From Magnetococcales bacterium DC0425bin3 (GTDB taxonomy: Bacteria > Pseudomonadota > Magnetococcia > Magnetococcales > DC0425bin3): 64,000 nt of DNA. The DNA lies in NCBI GenBank assembly GCA_002753665.1, contig PEAP01000007.1:529-64528 (forward strand). The letters run 5' to 3'. The translations under genes and the position numbers were made by a program. The notes under the pieces were generated by a model. The model saw only the letters and a program-made list of their open reading frames with translations, searched no databases and was not told the DNA's origin. Of this stretch, positions 39,438 through 46,468 are shown in pieces; position 1 is the first letter of the stretch; each line of letters opens with the position of its first letter.

Positions 39438-39485
39438 GGGGCCGCCCCAATACAACAGAATGGCTCAAATATAGACAGGGAAGTG
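39438..39485 (+). promoter_or_regulatory. degenerate flagellin box, copy B
   Basis: GGGGCCGCCCC, then a 27-nt A-rich segment, then CAGGGAAG (39476-39483). Spacing matches the other boxes but the ACGAAC core is lost. Confidence 0.35.
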
Positions 39486-39559
39486 AAACATCCGGGCCTT
39501 TGATGTTGATCCCAATGGGGATCGCCGATGGCTCGAATGCGCGGTGTGGAGGGACAGCA

Positions 39560-40381
39560 ATGGCTCTTTCGGTATTGACCAACGTCGCTTCTCTGAATGC
39601 TCAGAGGAATCTGGTGCGCTCCACCAATTCCCTGAACAAGACGTTTCAGCGGCTTTCTTCCGGAATGCGGATCAACCGTGCTGCGGATGATGCCGCCGGC
39701 CTTTCCATCACCAACCGGATGACCGCCCAGGTGCGGGGTCTGAACCAGGCGGTGCGCAATGCCAACGACGGCATTTCTTTGGTGCAGGTGGCGGAAGGCG
39801 CCCTGGATGAAACGACCAATGCCTTGCAGCGGATTCGCGAGTTGGCGGTTCAGGCGTCGAACGGCACCTACACCAGCACCGACCGCACCTCCCTGAACCA
39901 GGAGGTTCAGCAGTTGATCTCGGAGATCAACCGGATTGCGTCCCAGACCCAGTTCAACAACTCGAACCTGCTGACGGGCAGCTTTACCGCCAAACGGTTC
40001 CAGGTGGGGGCCTATTCCGGACAGATCATCATGATCTCCATCGGCAGCGCGGCGGCGGCCCACCTGGGAGTGAGCGGCCTGAGCCTGGGCGGCAGCGGCA
40101 TGAAGGCCATGTCCGCCATCAGCAAGGTGGATTTGGCCCTGAATAGCATTTCGGACATACGGTCCAAGATGGGAGCCATCCAGAGCCGGTTCGAATCGGT
40201 GATCTCCAACTTGAGCAACATCTCGGAGAACACCAGCGCGGCCCGGTCACGGATTCTGGATGCCGACATCGCGGCGGAAACCTCCAACCTGACTTCGAGT
40301 GCCATTTTGCAGCAGGCGGGAACCTCCATCCTGGCCCAGGCCAATCAGCAGCCCCAGATGGTGTTGCAGCTGCTGGGATGA
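39560..40381 (+). CDS. fliC: flagellin 2 (273 aa)
   Basis: [42 protein letters not shown]...[22 protein letters not shown] sits 7 nt upstream of the ATG. Confidence 0.95.
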   Translation: MALSVLTNVASLNAQRNLVRSTNSLNKTFQRLSSGMRINRAADDAAGLSITNRMTAQVRGLNQAVRNANDGISLVQVAEGALDETTNALQRIRELAVQASNGTYTSTDRTSLNQEVQQLISEINRIASQTQFNNSNLLTGSFTAKRFQVGAYSGQIIMISIGSAAAAHLGVSGLSLGGSGMKAMSAISKVDLALNSISDIRSKMGAIQSRFESVISNLSNISENTSAARSRILDADIAAETSNLTSSAILQQAGTSILAQANQQPQMVLQLLG

Positions 40382-40957
40382 CGGCAGGTGGAAGGTGGGG
40401 AAGGCTTGGGTGAGTGAAAAAGGGATGCGGTCGGAAGCTGTTTTGCGACCATCCCGGGTGGCCCGCAGGGGTCGCCAGCAGGCGCAGTCTGCAGAGCGAT
40501 GTGGACAGTGTCGTGTGGGAGTGATCGGTTGGGAAAGATCGAAGAGGGGAGACATGATCGTGGATGATATGACGATGGGGTGGTGAGAAAGTCCAGGCAA
40601 GGCAACGGGACGGGCGCGATCTCATGAGGGAAGAGACCCGGACCGGAACGGAATTCCATCCAGTGAAAGGCCGCGTTCTCCAGGGAACGGCACAGGGACG
40701 GTGCAGACGGCTGCAGGGAGGGAGGATCATGGAAGATCCAATGTCTGGAAGGGAATTGCGGTCCGGAAAGGGCACGGCGCACGGCCGGAGGATGCGGCGC
40801 ATGGCAGTCATGGATCGTCTGGACCATCGCAGGGATAGCGGTGGAAGCAGGGGTTCTTCTGGCGCGAAGTGCGACAGAAGCCGCGGCGCAGGGAGGCGTC
40901 GTCGTCTTCATCTTCAGGCGGTGCAGGCGATTGAAGACGGGCAGGGAGGAGCCTTGT

Positions 40958-41025
40958 CACCGTGGAAGCCGGGAAGCGGCTTTCATCGGTGGAGGATGGT
41001 GGGATGCTTCCCCCATCCATCAGGG
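40958..41025. repeat. REP-like element, full unit (R5)
   Basis: CCGTGGAAGCCG-GGAA-GCGGCTTTCATCGG followed by TGGAGGATGGTGGGATGCTTCCCCCATCCATC. Lies inside the flagellin 2/3 spacer. Confidence 0.75.
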
Positions 41026-41549
41026 GTAGCGCCTCCCGACCGGCAGAATGGTCAGGGAAGGGCCATTTCGCGACAGCCTCTCAGGGAAGATGCGTCGGAT
41101 TGTGTCGGCAGGCGACAGCAGGAAGCTGCCGTCCCGGAATGTTCCAGGATCCGTCAGGGAGGGCGACAGGAAACGGGAGGGCCTCAAGGGAAGAGGCACG
41201 GGGATTTTTCGCGGTCTGGAACAGCCATGAAAGGCCTCCATGGTTCATGGACCGCAAAGGATGCGGTCCATGAACCGGGGTCTTCAATCAGTGGGCAAGA
41301 CCGGCAGCTTCGGAGTGTCCCGAGCCTGTCGGTTCAATGGTGAATAGCTGTCGAAAGGGTTCTTCGACAGTGCGAGGCGGACCAGGAAGGGCCGCCGGTA
41401 ATGAGCGAATCTGGCAACCGGTGCGGCGTATCGACCGCACCGGGGCCGTCCAGACACACCATGGAGGGAGTCATTGGACGGTCTTTCAGGGACGATGATC
41501 CGGAGCAGGAGAATGGGTAACGCATAAAGAGTCGAGGGGAATTGATGAC

Positions 41550-41600
41550 GGGCTGGGGTTGGCCCTTTAAAACGAACAACCCATCTGCACCCAGGGAAGG
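41550..41600 (+). promoter_or_regulatory. flagellin-associated conserved box, copy C
   Basis: GGGC-TGGGGTTG-GCCC hairpin, then TTTAAAACGAACAACCCATCTGCACCCAGGGAAGG. CAGGGA at 41592-41597. Confidence 0.7.
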
Positions 41601-41656
41601 GGCAAGGAGCAATTCTGGAATTCATAGAAGAATTCCGCATTCAGGAGGAATGAATC

Positions 41657-42478
41657 ATGGGTCTTTATCTGAACACCAATATCGCGTCCTTGACTGCTCA
41701 ACGGCACCTGGACCGGTCCAATGCCGCCCTGAACAAGACGTTCGAGCGTTTGTCTTCGGGCTTGCGCATCAACCGGGCCGCGGATGACGCCGCCGGACTC
41801 AATATCACCAGCCGGATGACCTCCGAAATCCGGGGTACCAATCAGGCGGTGCGCAATGCCAACGATGCCATCTCCCTGGTGCAGGTGGCGGAAGGGGCCC
41901 TCAACGAGACCACCAACGCCCTGCAGCGGATGCGGGAACTGGCGGTCCAGGCCTCCAACGGCACCCTGACCAGCACTGATCGCAGCGACCTGAACGATGA
42001 GTTCCAGCAACTGCTGTCGGAAATCGACCGCATCGCGGAAAACACCAAGTTCAACGGCCAGACGCTGCTGATGGGCAGCTTCACCGCCAAGCGGCTCCAG
42101 ATCGGGGCCAACAGCGGCCAGAACCTGGTGATCTCCCTGGGGGTGGCCAAGGCCACTTCCTTGGGTGTGACCGGCGTCAGCCTGGGTGGCAATGGCACCC
42201 TGGCGATGTCTGCCATCACCCAGCTCACCACCGCCATCAACAGCGTTTCCGACCTGCGGTCCAAGCTGGGTTCTCTGCAGAACCGGTTCGACGCGGTGGT
42301 GTCCAACCTGGAGAACATCTCGGAGAACACCTCCGCCGCCCGCTCCCGGATCCTGGATGCCGACATCGCGGCGGAAACCTCCAACCTGACCAAGAACGCC
42401 ATCCTTCAGCAGGCCGGAACGGCGATTTTGGCCCAGGCCAACCAACAACCCCAACTGATCCTGAGCCTGCTCGGCTGA
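41657..42478 (+). CDS. fliC: flagellin 3 (273 aa)
   Basis: [36 protein letters not shown]...[16 protein letters not shown]. Confidence 0.95.
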   Translation: MGLYLNTNIASLTAQRHLDRSNAALNKTFERLSSGLRINRAADDAAGLNITSRMTSEIRGTNQAVRNANDAISLVQVAEGALNETTNALQRMRELAVQASNGTLTSTDRSDLNDEFQQLLSEIDRIAENTKFNGQTLLMGSFTAKRLQIGANSGQNLVISLGVAKATSLGVTGVSLGGNGTLAMSAITQLTTAINSVSDLRSKLGSLQNRFDAVVSNLENISENTSAARSRILDADIAAETSNLTKNAILQQAGTAILAQANQQPQLILSLLG

Positions 42479-42489
42479 GGAAAGGGGCG

Positions 42490-42526
42490 GTCCCCGTCCG
42501 GGAGACAGAGTCTTCCGGACGGGGAC
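42490..42526 (+). terminator. long GC-rich hairpin just after the flagellin 3 stop
   Basis: GTCCCCGTCCGG (42490-42501) pairs perfectly with CCGGACGGGGAC (42515-42526). The inner GAGAC/GTCTT extends the stem. No U-tract. Confidence 0.5.
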
Positions 42527-42571
42527 GATCCCGGAGGACGAGTCTGGGGCGGTTTCCTCCATGGTGCGTTT

Positions 42572-42600
42572 CTGGTTCCGGGCCATCGGCCCGGAACCAG
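42572..42600 (+). terminator. second perfect 13-bp hairpin in the flagellin 3 downstream region
   Basis: CTGGTTCCGGGCC-ATC-GGCCCGGAACCAG. Confidence 0.45.
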
Positions 42601-42783
42601 CCTGGGAGAATGCATTATGATTCAAACAGCAACTGTTTTGAAAAAACGGATTTTTTTGTCATTCATCGGGGGAGGCGGGCCGGTCGCAAGGTCGGCAGGG
42701 ATTCCCCGGAATCCGGCGCCACCGGGATTGAAGGGACAGGAGGTGCAAAAGGGAAGAGACACGGCAACAAGGAGCAGTCACAA

Positions 42784-42835
42784 GGGTTAGGGTTGGCCCT
42801 GTAAAACGAACAACCCACCTCCAACCATGGATGGG
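42784..42835 (+). promoter_or_regulatory. flagellin-associated conserved box, copy D
   Basis: GGGTTAGGGTTGGCCCTGTAAAACGAACAACCCACCTCCAACCATGGATGG. CATGGA stands in place of CAGGGA at 42826-42831. Confidence 0.7.
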
Positions 42836-42859
42836 ACCATCTTTGCGAGGAGGAAGAAA

Positions 42860-43684
42860 ATGGCGCTATCGATCAACACCAACATGGGATCGTTGATCAT
42901 TCAACGACACTTGAAGACCAGCACCAAGAGCCTGAACACCACGTTCGAGCGGTTGGCGTCTGGACTTCGGGTCAACTCTTCCGCGGATGACGCAGCGGGG
43001 TTGTCCCTGGCTTCGACCATGACGTCACAGATTCGGGGTTCCAACCAGGCGTCCCGCAATGCCAATGATGCGATTTCTCTGCTTCAGGTGGCGGACGCGG
43101 CCCTGGGAGAAACCGCCAACGCCCTGCAGAGGATGCGGGAGCTGGCGGTCCAGGCCTCCAACGGTACGTTGACCAGTACCGACCGGGGTGACTTGGACGA
43201 GGAATTCCAGCAGTTGATGTCGGAAATTGACCGCATCGCGGAGAACACCACCTTCAACGGTCGTGTTCTGTTGATGGGCAGCTTCACCGCGAAACGGATT
43301 CAGGTGGGGGCGATGAGTGGTCAGAACCTCGTCTTCTCGTTGAAGACGGCCAAGACCATCTCCATCGGCCTTGCGGTCAATATCAGTCTGGGGGGCAACG
43401 GCGTCATTGCGATGTCCGCCATTTCCCAGATCGAGGACGCCATCGGCAGCATTTCTGATCTGCGGGCCAAGGTTGGGTCCCTGCAGAGCCGGTTCGAAGC
43501 GGTGGTGTCCACTCTCGCCAGTTCGGTCGGGAGCCTGGAAGCGGCACGGGCCCGCATTCTGGATGCGGATATCGCGCAGGAGACAGCGAATCTCACCCGC
43601 GCGAGCATCCTGCAGCAGGCCGGAACGGCAGTATTGGCCCAGGCCAATCAGCAGCCGCAACTGGTTCTCGCCTTGCTCGGTTGA
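42860..43684 (+). CDS. fliC: flagellin 4 (274 aa)
   Basis: [36 protein letters not shown]...[26 protein letters not shown] precedes the ATG. Confidence 0.95.
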   Translation: MALSINTNMGSLIIQRHLKTSTKSLNTTFERLASGLRVNSSADDAAGLSLASTMTSQIRGSNQASRNANDAISLLQVADAALGETANALQRMRELAVQASNGTLTSTDRGDLDEEFQQLMSEIDRIAENTTFNGRVLLMGSFTAKRIQVGAMSGQNLVFSLKTAKTISIGLAVNISLGGNGVIAMSAISQIEDAIGSISDLRAKVGSLQSRFEAVVSTLASSVGSLEAARARILDADIAQETANLTRASILQQAGTAVLAQANQQPQLVLALLG

Positions 43685-43743
43685 CCCCTTCGGGGGTGGC
43701 GAACAGGGGAGGGGACCGTCCCGGAAACGGGCGGTTCCCTCAC

Positions 43744-43807
43744 GGGACCGGGCCGGTCCCGGAAAACGAACGGCCCACCTCACCAGGGACGGTGAGCGGT
43801 GTTTTTT
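43744..43807 (+). terminator. orphan box-like element (copy E) ending in a canonical intrinsic terminator
   Basis: GGGACCG-GGC-CGGTCCC hairpin, GGAAAACGAACGGCCCAC, then CTCACC-AGGGAC-GGTGAG hairpin (43779-43796) and a T6 run (43802-43807). Confidence 0.6.
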
Positions 43808-44149
43808 CGATAGCGCCTGACGTCCATTCCGGTCCCCGCCTGCAGTGTGGGGGGGCCGGAATGGGTTCCTTTCCGAGACCGGAAGCTCCGGTGCCGGATG
43901 GGGGAAGCACTTGGACGATGTCTGCCGGCCAGGGACAGGCCGGAGAGCCTGCCGTGAGAGTCGCAGTGGCGGTTCCCATGGCACGAAGGGGGAGAGGTCT
44001 CCCCCCCGGGAGAATGGTCGTGAAGGACAAGGATCGAAGGGGCACGACAAGGGTTTGCACGACAGGGGTTTGGAAAAGGGTTGCCTCTGACCAGGGATGG
44101 ATGGAACGGGGGATGGCGCCCCCGGGTTTGGCGGGTGGGAGGTGATTCA

Positions 44150-44968
44150 ATGGCTTTTTCCGTTGAGACCCATGTGGCGGCCCTGTTCGCCCAGCGGCAG
44201 ATGGGACGATCATCCTCTTCCCTGGGGCATTCGTTCCGTCGCCTGGCGACGGGATTGCGGATGGAGGATTTTCCGGAAGATGGGGAGGAGGTCTCCATCG
44301 AGACCGGCTCCGAGGTGCGGACCCGGGTGCTGAATCAGGCCATTCGCAGCGCCAACGACGGGATTTCCCTGGCCCAGGTGGCCGAGAGGGCGCTGGAGCG
44401 GACCATGGGAGTCCTGGGGCGGATCCAACAATTGTTGAAACCGGATCCGGACAGCCCGCCTGTGGAACAGGAAGAGATGGCGCGGGAAATCAGTCGCCTG
44501 GTCCTGGAGGTGGACCGGATCGCCCAGGGGACCGTGTTCGACGGCATGAGCCTATTGACCGGAAGCGTCCAGGGGCAGGGGTATCAGGTAGGTGTCGGCA
44601 GCAGTCAGACTTTGACCATCACCATTGAACCGGCCGGAGCCGAAGCCATAGGCCTGGGCAGGCTGGAGGAAGGACTGGAGAAGGAAGGATCCGAGGGGGT
44701 TCCGGAAGTGGTGGTGAACGAGGCCATGGCCAGTGTTTCGGGCATCCGGGCCACCCTGGAGGAGGTGCTGGACCGGTTCGAGGCGGCGGCGGGCAATTTG
44801 AACACCCTGTCCGAGAACATGGAGGCGTCCCGCAGCCGGATCATCGATGTGGATGTGGCCGAGGAAACATCGGCCATGGCCCGGGATGCCATTTTGCTGC
44901 AGGCGGATCGGGCGGTGCTGGCCCAGGCCAATCACCATCCGCAACTGGTTTTGACCCTGCTGGATTGA
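44150..44968 (+). CDS. divergent flagellin-like protein 5 (272 aa)
   Basis: Flagellin N- and C-terminal helices are recognisable ([19 protein letters not shown]..., SRSRIIDVDVAEETSAMARDAILLQ...QANHHPQLVLTLLD). The RINSAxDDAAG segment is replaced by RMEDFPEDGEEVSIETGSE. Confidence 0.8.
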   Translation: MAFSVETHVAALFAQRQMGRSSSSLGHSFRRLATGLRMEDFPEDGEEVSIETGSEVRTRVLNQAIRSANDGISLAQVAERALERTMGVLGRIQQLLKPDPDSPPVEQEEMAREISRLVLEVDRIAQGTVFDGMSLLTGSVQGQGYQVGVGSSQTLTITIEPAGAEAIGLGRLEEGLEKEGSEGVPEVVVNEAMASVSGIRATLEEVLDRFEAAAGNLNTLSENMEASRSRIIDVDVAEETSAMARDAILLQADRAVLAQANHHPQLVLTLLD

Positions 44969-45228
44969 TTTGGTTATTGCGGCGGCTTGGGAAGCGACCG
45001 CCAGGCCTGTCCCGCGAGGGGCAGGGAAGCCGGTACCGGCATTGGGGCCGGTACAACATGGGCCTGAATCCGCGCAGAAAGCGGAAAAATGGCCGGTGTC
45101 GGATGCCGAGGATGGAGCGTCGTTGAACGGTGGCGCGTTTCCGGTGAATGGAAGGACGCTCCATCCGGTATCGGACAGAAGGTACAAGGGAGGCGGACAG
45201 GAACGAAGGACAGGCAAACGGAACTGAC

Positions 45229-45280
45229 GGGTTAGGGTTGGCCCTGTAAAACGAACAACTCACCTCCAACCAGGGAAGGA
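45229..45280 (+). promoter_or_regulatory. flagellin-associated conserved box, copy F
   Basis: GGGTTAGGGTTGGCCCTGTAAAACGAACAACTCACCTCCAACCAGGGAAGG. CAGGGA at 45271-45276. Confidence 0.7.
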
Positions 45281-45309
45281 TACAGACCAATGTGTCGGGA
45301 GGAAATACC

Positions 45310-46131
45310 ATGGCTTTGTCGATCAATACCAACATCGCTGCGTTGACGATTCAAAACCGGCTGCGGACCAGCACTGACAGCTTGAACCGGACCTTCGAGA
45401 GACTGTCGTCCGGTCTGCGGGTGAATTCCGCCAAGGACGATGCCGCGGGACTGGGTATCGCCACCAGTCTCAGCGCCCAGATTCGGGGCAACAATCAGGC
45501 GGCGCGCAACGCCAACGATGCCATTTCGTTGGTGCAGGTGGCGGAGGGGGCACTCGGGGAAACGGCCAATGCCCTGCAACGGATGCGGGAGCTGGCGGTT
45601 CAAGCTTCCAACGGCACCCTGACCAGCACCGACCGCAGCGACTTGAACGACGAGTTCCAGCAGCTCTTGTCGGAAATCGACCGCATCGCGGAAAACACCA
45701 AGTTCAATGGCCAGACGCTGCTGATGGGCAGCTTCACCGCCAAGCGGCTCCAGATCGGGGCCAACAGCGGTCAGAACCTGGTGATTTCCCTGGGGGTGGC
45801 CAAGGGCACCTCCCTGGGGGTGAACGGCGTCAGCCTGGGGGGCAATGGCACCATGGCGATGTCCGCCATCACCCAGCTCACCACCGCAATCAACAGCGTC
45901 TCGGATTTGCGCTCCAAGATGGGCGCGCTCCAGAACCGCTTCGAGGCGGTGGTGACCAACCTGTCCACTGCGGCCGAGAACCTGGAAGCGGCCCGGGCCC
46001 GGATCATGGATGCCGATATCGCCCAGGAGACATCCAGCCTGACCCGGAACGCCATCCTGCAGCAGGCGGGAACCGCGGTGCTGGCCCAGGCCAATCAGCA
46101 ACCGCAGCTGGTGTTGGCTTTGCTGGGATGA
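45310..46131 (+). CDS. fliC: flagellin 6 (273 aa)
   Basis: [36 protein letters not shown]...[16 protein letters not shown]. Confidence 0.95.
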   Translation: MALSINTNIAALTIQNRLRTSTDSLNRTFERLSSGLRVNSAKDDAAGLGIATSLSAQIRGNNQAARNANDAISLVQVAEGALGETANALQRMRELAVQASNGTLTSTDRSDLNDEFQQLLSEIDRIAENTKFNGQTLLMGSFTAKRLQIGANSGQNLVISLGVAKGTSLGVNGVSLGGNGTMAMSAITQLTTAINSVSDLRSKMGALQNRFEAVVTNLSTAAENLEAARARIMDADIAQETSSLTRNAILQQAGTAVLAQANQQPQLVLALLG

Positions 46132-46162
46132 TCACGCCACGGTCATTCCGGTGACAGGGGAT

Positions 46163-46184
46163 CGCCCCGGGAGGCCCCGGGGCG
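46163..46184 (+). terminator. 9-bp GC hairpin after flagellin 6
   Basis: CGCCCCGGG-AGGC-CCCGGGGCG, 32 nt after the stop codon. No U-tract. Confidence 0.4.
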
Positions 46185-46206
46185 GTTGTCCCAAGCCACT
46201 TCTGGT

Positions 46207-46260
46207 CGGGTTCGGGCCGGACCCGTCGCAACGAACGGCCCAGTGTCGCCAGGGATTGGC
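46207..46260 (+). promoter_or_regulatory. orphan degenerate flagellin box (copy H), no flagellin downstream
   Basis: CGGGTTCGGGCCGGACCCG hairpin, then TCGCAACGAACGGCCCAGTGTCGCCAGGGATTGG. CAGGGA at 46250-46255. Confidence 0.4.
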
Positions 46261-46307
46261 GTCGAACCGCCCCCGCTTGTCGGGGGCGTTTCCTTTTCTG
46301 GAAGTTC

Positions 46308-46445
46308 GACGGAAGGGGGAGGACTCCCTCTGCCATCTATCGATGGAAGCCCCTTTCCGGCTTCCACGGTAACTTTGCTGGATGGGGGAGGCCCTCCCTC
46401 CACCCTTCACCGATGAAAGCCGTTTCCCGGCCTCCAGGGTAGATC
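46308..46445. repeat. REP-like composite, two tandem units in reverse orientation (R6)
   Basis: Two copies of GG.GGGGGAGG.C.CCCTC...C + CGATG(G/A)AAGCC..TTCC(C)GGC.TCCA.GG, joined by the same TAACTTTGCTGGA junction seen in R3. Confidence 0.75.
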
Positions 46446-46468
46446 ACGCCGTTTCGGCCGGGCAGGAA

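Noticed and set aside
40624-41343. A 239-aa Arg/Gly-rich ORF spanning most of the flagellin 2/3 spacer.
   Set aside because: Its codons are dominated by AGG, GGA, GAA and AGA, many of them A/T-ending, unlike the strongly GC3-biased real genes. It reads straight through a REP element, has low complexity, and matches no recognisable family. I treat the region as non-coding.
38714-46468. Flagellin spacers as decayed flagellin pseudogenes.
   Set aside because: None of the six frames shows remnants of the very conserved flagellin termini (NTN..SL.AQ, DDAAG, QSRF, LLQQAG, ANQ.PQ).
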